DNA from: a virus
Taxonomy: Duplodnaviria; Caudoviricetes
Length of the DNA: 64,000 nt
Reading direction: 5' to 3' (one strand)
Virus record (IMG/VR): IMGVR_UViG_2974541498_000001
Span: 64,001-128,000 of that record
How positions within the stretch are numbered: the first letter of the stretch is position 1; each line of letters opens with the position of its first letter. Position numbers and translations under genes: made by a program. A model generated the notes under the pieces. That model saw only the letters and a list, made by a program, of their open reading frames with translations. It was not told the DNA's origin and did not search any database. Below, piece by piece: positions 1-9,805 of the stretch.

Positions 1-102
1 ATGGTAGACTTTGCCAACACAGTATAGCTTGTCATTACAGTACCAATCATCTCCAAATACTTTGTACCCCTTAATACTATTTTTTTCACTAATGGTTTCC
101 AT
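1..102 (-). CDS. partial hypothetical phage protein (N-terminus METISEKNSIKGYKVFGDDWYC...), runs off the window
   Basis: ATG at 102 overlaps the tdk 3' end; open to the window edge; KGYKVF..DW.C motif is common in phage hypotheticals. Confidence 0.6.
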   Translation of the reverse strand, partial: METISEKNSIKGYKVFGDDWYCNDKLYCVGKVYH

Positions 103-718
103 AAACAATATCACCAGCCTTAAATTTAACCCAATGGTCTGAACATACTACCTTATAGTTAGTATCGCCGATAACTACGTCACCCTTAGAGGTATCAAAT
201 ACTGGCTTACCATCGACTAATAATAAGTTATGAGTAGCCTTCTTACCACAATAATCGCAGATAGTTTTAACTTCTCTAATATCATCAGCATTCTCTAGCC
301 ATGCTTTAGACCCCTCAAATAGCTTACCACCAAAGTTGGTTAGCAATCCATATGCCATAATAACTCCATTTTCACTAGTATCCCTTTTAACCCGAATACT
401 ATTCCCCAAACATAGGGCATTAATAAATTCTGGACTAAAAAATTGGCATTCATCTAATAAAATAGGTCTATCCTGTTCCATAGCTGTTTCTAAAATGTAT
501 CCAGCAACTTCTTTAGGATGTTCCTTACCTACACTATATGTTGCTTCTTCTTCAATACCTACCCGGCTAGAAACAATAGTATCACCTGATCTAGTATCCT
601 GACTTGGCTTAACTAAAATAGGCTTAATACCCTTTTCAGTATAATTATGATAGACCATAAGAAGATTAGCGGTCTTAGAAGACTTCATCGTTCCATAATA
701 ATAAAATACTTTTCCCAT
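89..718 (-). CDS. tdk: thymidine kinase
   Basis: GTMKSSKT P-loop, LLDECQF, YGL, Zn-site C..CGKKATHN and YKVVC..H. Confidence 0.95.
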   Translation of the reverse strand: MGKVFYYYGTMKSSKTANLLMVYHNYTEKGIKPILVKPSQDTRSGDTIVSSRVGIEEEATYSVGKEHPKEVAGYILETAMEQDRPILLDECQFFSPEFINALCLGNSIRVKRDTSENGVIMAYGLLTNFGGKLFEGSKAWLENADDIREVKTICDYCGKKATHNLLLVDGKPVFDTSKGDVVIGDTNYKVVCSDHWVKFKAGDIVYGNH

Positions 719-1222
719 TTAGAATACCACATGTGTACATACTGGATTAGACGGAAAATGATTGAAATCGTAACTAGCTAATTGTTCCAAATCAGTATCC
801 CCATCGATAAAAGTAGTAGCCCCTCTAGCAATCATTAAGTTAACCTTTACATCTTTATTATGGGAGAAAGTAACTACAATAGCTGGCTTACCCATAGACC
901 GCATATAGCCAACTTCAAAGGCCGTACCATCATCCACATTATCTAAATCGTATAGGAATACACCGCAATCAGCAGTTCCCATAGCAGAAAGATCATTTTG
1001 ATAAGTAGCAACCTGCCATTCTAAACTACCAAATACCCCATCTTTATTGTCGATATTAGCATCTTTATATTGGTGGTCAAAAGGAAAATGAACTACCCCA
1101 ACGGTTGGGTTACCTGATAGCAACTCGCTTACTTCTTCTACTCGCTTTTTCTGTTCTTCATTAAACCAAGGAGTTGCTAAGTAAATCTTTGTATCATGAA
1201 ATACTTCTGTTCTTTTATTCAA
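719..1222 (-). CDS. ndt: nucleoside 2-deoxyribosyltransferase
   Basis: IYLATPWF, W..ATYQND, D.GTAFEVGY, NLM motifs of lactobacillus NDT/PTD; TTG start after GAGGA. Confidence 0.92.
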   Translation of the reverse strand: MNKRTEVFHDTKIYLATPWFNEEQKKRVEEVSELLSGNPTVGVVHFPFDHQYKDANIDNKDGVFGSLEWQVATYQNDLSAMGTADCGVFLYDLDNVDDGTAFEVGYMRSMGKPAIVVTFSHNKDVKVNLMIARGATTFIDGDTDLEQLASYDFNHFPSNPVCTHVVF

Positions 1223-1249
1223 AATATAATTCCTCTTTTCTTTTTTAAT

Positions 1250-1278
1250 AGTATAACACTGATTATATATTTTGTCTA
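1250..1278 (-). promoter_or_regulatory. sigma-A-type promoter for ndt-tdk
   Basis: TAGACA-17nt-TATACT with extended TG on the minus strand. Confidence 0.7.
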
Positions 1279-1322
1279 CTATACACTATACTATATTAGA
1301 GACGACAGAATTCGGAGGAAAT

Positions 1323-1688
1323 ATGATGAAAAAAAGTCAATATATGCAAGATCAACTTTGGTTAAGTATTAAGGATTCCTCTAGGGAACATGGTTTTGAA
1401 AATGACTGGATTACAATTGTTAGTTATTATAACTTGTATGAAGGAAAGCATGTACAAGTATATATTAATGATGCGGAAAAGCATGTTAGATACCGAGTAT
1501 TAGCAGTTACTGATGATAACTCCAAAGCGGTATGTTTAAATAAAAATAATGATGTAATCTATATAGATAGAGAAGAAGCTTTCTTATCAAAAAAGCTATT
1601 TATGTATAATGAAAATCCAAAAGAAGAAATCTCCTTGAAAATAAAAGGGGAAGTAAATGGGAGTAATAAAATCTCCTATTATGTATAA
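1323..1688 (+). CDS. hypothetical protein upstream of portal
   Basis: ORF 1272..1688; GGAGG RBS supports ATG at 1323/1326; position matches herellevirus pre-portal gene. Confidence 0.75.
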   Translation: MMKKSQYMQDQLWLSIKDSSREHGFENDWITIVSYYNLYEGKHVQVYINDAEKHVRYRVLAVTDDNSKAVCLNKNNDVIYIDREEAFLSKKLFMYNENPKEEISLKIKGEVNGSNKISYYV

Positions 1689-1699
1689 GAGGTGATTAT

Positions 1700-3409
1700 G
1701 TGAATATTTTTGAAAGACTAACGGGAACAAAATCTCCAAAAGAATCTGGTATATCAAATGACTTTGAACGCGTACCTGATGAAGTCCTTTATAAAAATGC
1801 AGAGTCAGTAATGAAAAGCAATGATATAGTTAAAAAAGGCTTTGGCGGCAGAGATAAAGCTATGAATGAGCCTATGGTATATAACTATGATATTGCTGGA
1901 ATTAACCCATTCTTTAGAGAAAAGCCCGGGGTATCTGGAGCAGGAACGATTAATAATGTTTTAAAGCAATATTCTACCGCTCCTCTTTTTCAAGCAATAT
2001 TAAGTACTCGGTCTGGGCAAGTCAGCCGATATACCCAACCAGTATCCCAGTCTAATGATGGATTAGGATATAGAGTTACTTTAACGGATAGTAGTATTAC
2101 TCCCACGGATAGCCAGCTTAGAACGATTAGAGAAGCTGAACATTTCATTCAATATATGGGCGTTGATGACCCTAGTATGAGTGGTTATAAAAAGCGTGAT
2201 GACTTCGATGACTTCTGTACTAAGCTAATTAGAGATACCTATACTTTCGATCAAGTAAATGCTGAAAAAACTTTTAATACTAAAGGTAAGCTTCATCATA
2301 TTAAAGCAATTGACCCTTCTACAATTTATCGAGCGGTTGATAGGGATTCTGGTAAAATAATTCCAGATAAATATGTACAAGTATTTGATGATAGAATTGT
2401 TAATAAATTTTCTGATGAAGATTTAATTATGGCTATTAGACGACCAAGAACTGATATATATAGTAGTGGTTATGGTCAATCGGAATTGGAAATAGCTTTG
2501 CAACAATTCTTGGCTATGAATAATACTATGATGTTTAATGATCGTTTCTTTAGTCATGGTGGCTCCGTACAAGGGATTATTAATATAAAGCCTACTGCGG
2601 ATACTTCTGGTATTGGTAAGTCAAGAAGGCAACTAGCAGACTTTAGAAGAAACTTTGAAAGCCGAGTAACGGGTGTGGCAAGTAGCTGGCAATACCCAGT
2701 AACTACTGCCGATGATGTTAAGTATGTTAACTTAACCCCTAACGCGCGGGATATGGAATTTGAAAAGTGGATTAACTTCCTAATTAATATTTGCTCATCT
2801 GTATTTAATATTGACCCAGCAGAAGTAGGATTCCCAAATAAAGGGGGTGCCACTGGTAGTAAGTCCAATAGTTTGAATGAAGGAAACTCTAAACAAAAGT
2901 TGCAGGCATCTATGAACAAAGGACTAGCTAGTCTTCTTAGATTTATTGAAAAGGTTATTAATAATGAAATAATTAAGCCTTATTTTGGTAATAATTATCT
3001 GTTCCAATTTGTTGGAGAAGATATCTCTGGGGAAACTGAAAGAGTACAGCTATTAGCAGAAGAAGTTAAAACGTATAGGACTGTTAATGAAATTAGAATA
3101 GAAAAGAATCTTGATCCTATTAAGGGTGGAGATGTGATTCTTAATCAATTTGCTATTCAAAGATTAGGCCAGTTACAACAGGAGAAACAAATAGAGCATC
3201 AATGGCAACAAGAAAAACTAAGTATGCTTTCTTCTGGTCCGCAACCTGATAGTGGATCGGGTATTTCCTTCCAAGATATTCAATCCGGATTAGATGGTAG
3301 CTCCGATAAAGTAAATGGTAAAGATACTTTTAATGGAGTTAAGAATGGGCAAGTAGCTGATAGTACAAGAACCGATAAGATAAACTATGGTGGTAAACCT
3401 GACGAATAA
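1700..3409 (+). CDS. portal protein
   Basis: RDTYTFDQVNAE, GYGQSELEIA, FNDRFFSHGG, DMEFEKWINFLINI motifs of Twort-like portals; synteny. Confidence 0.95.
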   Translation: MNIFERLTGTKSPKESGISNDFERVPDEVLYKNAESVMKSNDIVKKGFGGRDKAMNEPMVYNYDIAGINPFFREKPGVSGAGTINNVLKQYSTAPLFQAILSTRSGQVSRYTQPVSQSNDGLGYRVTLTDSSITPTDSQLRTIREAEHFIQYMGVDDPSMSGYKKRDDFDDFCTKLIRDTYTFDQVNAEKTFNTKGKLHHIKAIDPSTIYRAVDRDSGKIIPDKYVQVFDDRIVNKFSDEDLIMAIRRPRTDIYSSGYGQSELEIALQQFLAMNNTMMFNDRFFSHGGSVQGIINIKPTADTSGIGKSRRQLADFRRNFESRVTGVASSWQYPVTTADDVKYVNLTPNARDMEFEKWINFLINICSSVFNIDPAEVGFPNKGGATGSKSNSLNEGNSKQKLQASMNKGLASLLRFIEKVINNEIIKPYFGNNYLFQFVGEDISGETERVQLLAEEVKTYRTVNEIRIEKNLDPIKGGDVILNQFAIQRLGQLQQEKQIEHQWQQEKLSMLSSGPQPDSGSGISFQDIQSGLDGSSDKVNGKDTFNGVKNGQVADSTRTDKINYGGKPDE

Positions 3410-3457
3410 GTAAGCTTACCTATATTATTAATAGAATAAAGAAAGTGGGATATTAAT

Positions 3458-3736
3458 ATGCCTAAAATTAATGTTTTTAAGAAAAACGGTAGTTTAATTC
3501 AAACAGTAGATGTATCAGATGCCTCTAAGGGATTTGATATTACTGGATTAGGTTATAATACCGAGTATCAAGCAAATGATATATTTTTACAATGGGTTAG
3601 TGATGATGGGCGAACTTCTAATAAGGTTCCATTGCCTTCTGGATTTGTTACTGGGGAAGAAAGCGCAACCGTAGCTCCAACTACGGTAACCCCTACTACT
3701 GTAGCTCCTACAACTACTATAAATCCCAGTAAGTAA
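3458..3736 (+). CDS. small FN3/Ig-like putative head decoration protein with C-terminal PTTV repeats
   Basis: ITGL..NTEY FN3-like motif; tail ATVAPTTVTPTTVAPTT; sits between portal and protease. Confidence 0.65.
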   Translation: MPKINVFKKNGSLIQTVDVSDASKGFDITGLGYNTEYQANDIFLQWVSDDGRTSNKVPLPSGFVTGEESATVAPTTVTPTTVAPTTTINPSK

Positions 3737-3749
3737 GGGGGTATAGAAA

Positions 3750-4544
3750 TTGGAAGGATTAAAAGATTCTCAAAAGGTTGATATTGACTTATTCAAAGCG
3801 TATGTACCAATTAGTAAAACAGCATCCTCTGATAGTGAGTGGTATATATCAGGAGTTGCTTCTACTAACACAAAAGATTGGGATGGGGAAATAGTTGACC
3901 CAAGCACCTTAGATATTACTTATCTAATGAAGCAGGGGAAAATAAACTATGAGCATAATAATGAATTAGATCATATTATTGGGGAACCTACTGATAATAC
4001 CTATATTGATAAGTCAGGGCTTCATCTAGAAGCTATGCTATATAAAAATATGCCTTTAGCACAGGATGCTTGGAAATTAGCTAATGCTATGGAAAAGTCC
4101 CATGCTAAACGATCATTAGGATTCTCTATAGAAGGTATTGGTAAGCGATCAGCAAATCCTAATGTATTTTCAAAAGTAAAAGTAATGAATGTTGCTATTA
4201 CCGCTAACCCAGCCAATCCAGATGCTTCTTGGAAAACCTTTAAGAAATCAGTTGATGTTAATAGTGAATTAGCAAAAGCTTATTCTGAAATGTCAACAGA
4301 AACTGGATCAGAAATAAATCCAAGTGATATGCAAGGAATTTCTAGTTTTCGTAAGGAAGACTTACCGGGGGCACTTACAACATTAACTTATGCAATGAAA
4401 AGTGAAAATTGTTCAGAACTGCTAAATTATGCTCAGAAGGCCCTAGAAGATAGTGGAAATATTACTAAAGATGTTAAGCAATTAATTCTGCAAGTTGGCC
4501 GAGGAGTATCCAAAGAAACAGCTAAAAATTTTCTAGATGAATAA
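3750..4544 (+). CDS. prohead protease
   Basis: GVAST..KD.DGE, INYEH, LGFSIEG, NVAITANPANP. Confidence 0.92.
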   Translation: MEGLKDSQKVDIDLFKAYVPISKTASSDSEWYISGVASTNTKDWDGEIVDPSTLDITYLMKQGKINYEHNNELDHIIGEPTDNTYIDKSGLHLEAMLYKNMPLAQDAWKLANAMEKSHAKRSLGFSIEGIGKRSANPNVFSKVKVMNVAITANPANPDASWKTFKKSVDVNSELAKAYSEMSTETGSEINPSDMQGISSFRKEDLPGALTTLTYAMKSENCSELLNYAQKALEDSGNITKDVKQLILQVGRGVSKETAKNFLDE

Positions 4545-4561
4545 GAAAGGTGACTACCACA

Positions 4562-5416
4562 ATGGCAAAGTCTGTACTATCAGAATTTGATGAAGAATTA
4601 AATAAGAGTGAAGAAACTGTTGACAAAAATGAGGCAGGTAATGTAGAAGAAACTGCTGAAGAGGAAAAGGATAATAAGAAGGAGGTTTCTGGTAAAGAAT
4701 TGGAAGACAAGACAAATAAGAAAGATGCTAAAGAATCCGGCGATAGTGCATCTGTAAATAAGAGTAAAGTCGCTTTATCCGCAGAAAATGTAAAAGAAAT
4801 TATTAAGTCAGTTGTTACAGAAACTCTCGCAGAACAAAATGAAGAATTAGCAAAAAGTGTAAAGGGATTGGCAACTTCTGAACAATTAGATAAGACTATT
4901 GGCGTTTTTGCTAAAGCATATAGTGCTATGAAAGAACTTAATGAAAACATTGAAAAGAATGTTAACAAGTCTCTTGAAGATAACGTTAATAAGTCAATTA
5001 AGGATTCCCTAGCAGATATTTCAGAAAAGCTAGAAAAGTCTGCTGAAGATTCTACCTTGCTTACTGCTGAGGGCAAGTTAGCTAAATCTACGGACGTATC
5101 AGATGATGATAAGGCTGTAGACTATGTTGCTAAGAGTGCCTCTGAAACACCTAATGATGATGTTGAAGCGCCTAAAGATACGCCGGATGATAAAGAAGAA
5201 GTAGAGAAGAGTACGGTTAACCGGTTAGACTTGCTGGAAAGATATAATTCTCGAATGAAGAATGACATTTCTAAGGGAGTTTACGCCGCTTCTCCTGATA
5301 AGATGCAAGTAATCAAGAGTATTGGATCTTCACTGGCATTTAACCGGTTAGGTAGCGAAGATGAACTTGAATTTGCTAAGAATTATGCTGATGGTGGAAA
5401 TGTTACTTTAGAGTAA
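4562..5416 (+). CDS. putative scaffolding protein (acidic, coiled-coil)
   Basis: E/K/S-rich ORF between protease and capsid; AAAGGTG RBS favours ATG 4562. Confidence 0.7.
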   Translation: MAKSVLSEFDEELNKSEETVDKNEAGNVEETAEEEKDNKKEVSGKELEDKTNKKDAKESGDSASVNKSKVALSAENVKEIIKSVVTETLAEQNEELAKSVKGLATSEQLDKTIGVFAKAYSAMKELNENIEKNVNKSLEDNVNKSIKDSLADISEKLEKSAEDSTLLTAEGKLAKSTDVSDDDKAVDYVAKSASETPNDDVEAPKDTPDDKEEVEKSTVNRLDLLERYNSRMKNDISKGVYAASPDKMQVIKSIGSSLAFNRLGSEDELEFAKNYADGGNVTLE

Positions 5417-5484
5417 TTCGTATATGAATTAGTAATACTATATTAATTATAGAACATTAAAAAAGGATAATAGGTGATAAATTA

Positions 5485-6945
5485 ATGAGTGATGCAATTT
5501 TTAAGAGTAAATATACTCCTACAAAAACACAATTAGACCATTTGCAAGGAATGGCTGGTCCTAATGAAGATGTTACTAAGTCATTTGAAACAGGAACTGA
5601 AATTAATCCTGCAAACATGACCCAAGCGGCCGCTCTTCGTACTGAATTCTTGGCACCACGTTTAAGTCAATTGTCTTTTGGGTCAGAACAAATGGTATTC
5701 TTTAATATGATTCCTAAGATGCCAGCAAGTTCTACGGTAGCCCAATATATCACATTTGACCAACATGGGGAGACTGGGCACACTGCATGGGATACTGAAG
5801 CTGGTATCTCTGATGTTAAGGACCCAGATATCTCACGTAAGAGTGTTGTTATGAAGTTCGCTTCACATACTCGTCAAGTATCGTTGGTTGCGGAAGAAGT
5901 TAACAACGTTGAATCTCCTATTGATGTATTGACCGATGATGCTATTGTATCTATGGCCCGTACGATTGAACAAGGTAGCTTGTATGGTGACTCCAGTTTG
6001 TCTGCTGTCGGTGAAAAAGATGGTCTTGAACCAGATGGACTTGTTAAGTGGATTCCAGATGAAAACGTTATTGATTTACATGGAGCTACTATTGACATTG
6101 ATAGCTTTAACGATGCGGCTATTCGTATCCTGAAGTCTTATGGTAACCCTACTGCCGCATTTATGCCAAATGGTGTTCTTGCTTACTTTAACAACAACAA
6201 CAAGAATATCCAACGTCAATTCGTTAATACTGTAACGGGTGAAAACCAAATTAGCCTTGGTGTTAACATCAAGTCTGTTACTACCGTTGGTGGTGACATT
6301 CGGTTAGTTGGGTCAAACGTTATGGAAAATGACAACTTCCTGAACACTCGTAACTTAGGTAAGGGTGGCGCTCCTATGGCTCCTACTGTTACCGCAGAAA
6401 AGGTTGCCGGTGATGCTAAGGTATTTGGCCAATTTACAGACGGCGATGTTGCTACCGGCGCAACCTATAAGGTAGTTACGTATGCTGATAAGTCCGGTTC
6501 TCGTCCATCGGCTCCAGCAGTTGTTCCTTTGACTGACAAGACTGATACGGTTAAGTTGACTATCAACGTTCCTGATACGTATAATGATAAGCCACAATAT
6601 GTAGCTATTTACCGTACGGACGCTAAGACAGGTCAGGATTACCTAATCAAGAAGATTGGTCTTTATCAAGCGGTAGAAGCTGATGATGGTCAAAGCCAAG
6701 TTATTACCTTTACTGATACTAACGCGGTAATGCCTGGAACTACAGATGTCTTTGTTGGGGATATGTCTCCACAAGTAATTCGTTTGTATGAATTCTTACC
6801 AATGTTCCGTCTCCCATTGCCTTCCATGAACAAGCTTATTCAATGGTCTGTTGTATGGTCTGGTGGTTTAGCTGTTCTTGCACCTAACCGTTGGGTTCGG
6901 ATTACTAACGTTGGCTACAACGCCGTAACTCCTGTTCATATGTAA
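5485..6945 (+). CDS. major capsid protein
   Basis: KSF.TG..I.P....AAALR.EFL, HG.TGH, TDDAI, YGD..L motifs as in A511/K Cps; followed by terminator. Confidence 0.96.
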   Translation: MSDAIFKSKYTPTKTQLDHLQGMAGPNEDVTKSFETGTEINPANMTQAAALRTEFLAPRLSQLSFGSEQMVFFNMIPKMPASSTVAQYITFDQHGETGHTAWDTEAGISDVKDPDISRKSVVMKFASHTRQVSLVAEEVNNVESPIDVLTDDAIVSMARTIEQGSLYGDSSLSAVGEKDGLEPDGLVKWIPDENVIDLHGATIDIDSFNDAAIRILKSYGNPTAAFMPNGVLAYFNNNNKNIQRQFVNTVTGENQISLGVNIKSVTTVGGDIRLVGSNVMENDNFLNTRNLGKGGAPMAPTVTAEKVAGDAKVFGQFTDGDVATGATYKVVTYADKSGSRPSAPAVVPLTDKTDTVKLTINVPDTYNDKPQYVAIYRTDAKTGQDYLIKKIGLYQAVEADDGQSQVITFTDTNAVMPGTTDVFVGDMSPQVIRLYEFLPMFRLPLPSMNKLIQWSVVWSGGLAVLAPNRWVRITNVGYNAVTPVHM

Positions 6946-6957
6946 TATTATACGATA

Positions 6958-6985
6958 AAGGGCTAGTGTTTACTAGCTCTTTTTT
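6958..6985 (+). terminator. rho-independent terminator after capsid gene
   Basis: AGGGCTAGT-gttt-ACTAGCTCT + T run. Confidence 0.85.
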
Positions 6986-7034
6986 ATTGCACTAAATTAT
7001 ATCTAGCAAGAAAAACGAAAGGATGCTAATTAAA

Positions 7035-7289
7035 ATGATTATTAATAAATTCAATCCAAATGTTGATATATTTACAGAGGAAGGGGTCTTACATCTGGAT
7101 AAAGAAGGTAAGGGTAAGGGAACCGCTAAAGTAGAAAATATTGTATCAAAATTATCTGGATATACCTTAGTAAAAGAAAATAAGCCTACGGTAAAAGAAA
7201 ATAAGACTGCTGTAAAAGAAGAAAATAAAACAACAAAACGGGCAACTACTACTAAGAAAAGGGCCACCTCATCTAAAAAGGAGGAATAA
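7035..7289 (+). CDS. small basic virion-module protein
   Basis: K/T-rich tail; conserved position after capsid; AAGGA RBS favours ATG 7035. Confidence 0.7.
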   Translation: MIINKFNPNVDIFTEEGVLHLDKEGKGKGTAKVENIVSKLSGYTLVKENKPTVKENKTAVKEENKTTKRATTTKKRATSSKKEE

Positions 7290-7291
7290 CT

Positions 7292-8197
7292 ATGCCAGCA
7301 ACAGATCCAACAAATATTAATGCTTCGCCATATGGGCCAAATAATCCAAAGAGAATTGATGTTGACCAAATAGAAAAGCTAGTATTATCGGATTATGGTC
7401 TAACTCCTTCTGCTATAAAAGCATACATGTTTGGTATTAGGGTAATAGATGAAAATACTGGTGAAGAAATGCCAGATGACTTTTACTGGCAAATATTAAG
7501 TACGCAAGTATCAGAAGTTCAACATATGCTAGATATTCAAATATTACCAATGTCTGTTCAAAATGAAGTACATGACTACTATGAAAATGACGCGAATGCT
7601 TATAATAGAGTAGATACCTTTAAACGTCCTATTCTTCAACTAGATAGCTTTAAATTAAAATTTGGTAATCAGCCTCTAATTGATTTTGACCCTCAATGGT
7701 GGAAAATATATAACATAGAGGGAGAAATAGAAGTTTATCCTCTTAATTATGCTAGTATTGGTGCCGGACCTATGGGTGGTGGAAACCCATCTATTTCTGG
7801 ATTGACACAATTATATATGTCTAATTATGTTAGTTATCCTATGTATAGAAATCAGACATCTGCTCCCCAAGCATATAGTATTGATTACGTTGCAGGAATG
7901 CTTCCACCTAAAAGAGTAGGAGTAACGCAAGATTGGGAAATGCCAGCAGATTTACAACAGCTAATCCTATATAAATGTCTCAACCAAGTATTTATGCAAT
8001 GGGGCCGATTATTGGGTGTTGGTGCTGGTATTGCAAGTAAAGAGTTATCTATAGATGGAATTAGGCAAAACATTGTAACCACACAATCTGCAATGTATAC
8101 CGGATCTCGTGCCGATATTGATGTTATCAATGATGAGATAAAAGGCTTAACCGCAAGTTTGAAATCCTTCTATGGAAATTCCTATACGTCTGTTTAG
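7292..8197 (+). CDS. head-tail adaptor/neck protein
   Basis: YGLT..AIKAYMFG, APQ...IDYVAGMLP, GAGIA...LSIDG, TTQSAMY motifs of herellevirus neck protein. Confidence 0.85.
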   Translation: MPATDPTNINASPYGPNNPKRIDVDQIEKLVLSDYGLTPSAIKAYMFGIRVIDENTGEEMPDDFYWQILSTQVSEVQHMLDIQILPMSVQNEVHDYYENDANAYNRVDTFKRPILQLDSFKLKFGNQPLIDFDPQWWKIYNIEGEIEVYPLNYASIGAGPMGGGNPSISGLTQLYMSNYVSYPMYRNQTSAPQAYSIDYVAGMLPPKRVGVTQDWEMPADLQQLILYKCLNQVFMQWGRLLGVGAGIASKELSIDGIRQNIVTTQSAMYTGSRADIDVINDEIKGLTASLKSFYGNSYTSV

Positions 8198-8208
8198 GAG
8201 GATAATAT

Positions 8209-9174
8209 ATGACACAATATGATGAAAGTCAACCAGTAAACTTTGGTAAGTCATCTTCCGATAATACCCAAGGTGAACCCGTTAAGTTTAATGATTTAGG
8301 AATATCTAGTAATTCAACAAATGCTATTAAAAATGTTATTCATTCTAAGAATGAAAATTCCCAAACAGGGGGTACGGATAGCCCTCATAATTTAGGTAAT
8401 AACACAAATGTTGAATTCGATATCTCACAAATATTCGATCTTATTAATAAAACTGGATATCATGCAAAGTGGGAAAGATGCTTCTTGTGTACTTGTGTAA
8501 ACTCTTCTACAGGTATTCCTAAGTCTGATTGCCCTATATGCCACGGTAGCGGAATAGCGTACCTTCCTGCCACTGATTTGTCTATTACCATACAATCACA
8601 AGGGAAAGGCGTAAAGTATCAAGATATTGGTCTGATGGACTCAGGGAGTGCCCTAGGAACTGTCCAAGTAAATCAATATGTTAGCTTTAGAGATAGAATA
8701 TCTATTCCCGATCAAATGCTTGTACAATCTTATTTATTTAATATGGATGATAATAGAATGAAATATGGTATGAGAATACCTTATTCAGTTGCTAAGTTTA
8801 TGCTTGTTAAAAACTCTAATAATGAAGACTTAGTAGAAGGAGTAGACTTCTCATATAATAAAGATACTCATTTCTTTAAACCACTATCAAATAAAGTCTA
8901 TTCTGGGGTTAATATATCTATGAATATTCTAGTAGAGCTAAGATATATTGTAGTTGATTTATTAAAGCAGGCTAGATACCAGTATACTCAAAGTGAAATG
9001 CCTTCAGGTACTGCTAAATTTGATAGACTCCCTCAATATATTCTTTTAAAAAGAGAAGATGCATGGATAGGAAATGTTAGTTTTACTGGTACTTCTACGG
9101 TAGATAAAACAGGTATAGTAGATCCTAAACGCTCTATGGATACTAATAGCACTCTTAAAGGATTTGGTTTCTGA
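8209..9174 (+). CDS. head closure/neck protein
   Basis: WE..FLCTC...CPICHG.GIAYLP motif; synteny. Confidence 0.8.
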   Translation: MTQYDESQPVNFGKSSSDNTQGEPVKFNDLGISSNSTNAIKNVIHSKNENSQTGGTDSPHNLGNNTNVEFDISQIFDLINKTGYHAKWERCFLCTCVNSSTGIPKSDCPICHGSGIAYLPATDLSITIQSQGKGVKYQDIGLMDSGSALGTVQVNQYVSFRDRISIPDQMLVQSYLFNMDDNRMKYGMRIPYSVAKFMLVKNSNNEDLVEGVDFSYNKDTHFFKPLSNKVYSGVNISMNILVELRYIVVDLLKQARYQYTQSEMPSGTAKFDRLPQYILLKREDAWIGNVSFTGTSTVDKTGIVDPKRSMDTNSTLKGFGF

Positions 9175-9788
9175 TGGAAGAAATACCAGGATTATTTAAA
9201 GAACCTAAAAAGTATTTAGACGCCCTAGGAAGTTCAATATCTAACAGTATTATTAATGAAGTTGGAAAAGCTTCCATAGATGAAGGGGCAGATTCTTATC
9301 AAGTAGAGCCTAATTACCTATCAGTAACAGCACATAGAGTTAATAACTTAGGAATACTTGATTTAAAGCCATATTTTGAAAGTAGTCCCTTTGTTAAAAC
9401 TACTAAAGATGGTGGCTGGTATTTAAGAGTTCCTATTAGACGATTAACTTCTGGAATGTCTTCACAATTATATAAAGAAGCGAGACAAATTGAATTACAA
9501 TCCGATCAAACTATGAAAACCGCTTGGATAAATTCCTTATATTCCGGAAGACAAGAATCTTCTATTGCCTCTTTAAACTATACACCAGTATCTAATAACT
9601 TAACGAGAATTAAAAATGATGCAGGTAGCGGTACTAAATATATTGCCTTTAGAACGGTATCAAACAAGTCTAATCCAGCTAGTTGGATTCTTAATAGAGG
9701 TCAAGCAACAGAAGATAATATGAGTAAGACTTTATTAAAGAACTTAGATAGATTAATTAGCTATCGACTACAACATTTAAATGACTAG
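9174..9788 (+). CDS. conserved tail completion/neck protein
   Basis: GGWYLRVPIR, Y.AFRTVS.KS.P.SWI.NR motifs; synteny. Confidence 0.75.
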   Translation: MEEIPGLFKEPKKYLDALGSSISNSIINEVGKASIDEGADSYQVEPNYLSVTAHRVNNLGILDLKPYFESSPFVKTTKDGGWYLRVPIRRLTSGMSSQLYKEARQIELQSDQTMKTAWINSLYSGRQESSIASLNYTPVSNNLTRIKNDAGSGTKYIAFRTVSNKSNPASWILNRGQATEDNMSKTLLKNLDRLISYRLQHLND

Positions 9789-9805
9789 GTAAAGGAGGTA
9801 ATCTA

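Noticed and set aside
4522-5076. 184-aa antisense ORF, and similar ones at 2554, 6992, 44445, 49102 and 53081
   Set aside because: Shadows of well-supported plus-strand genes, with no RBS or motifs
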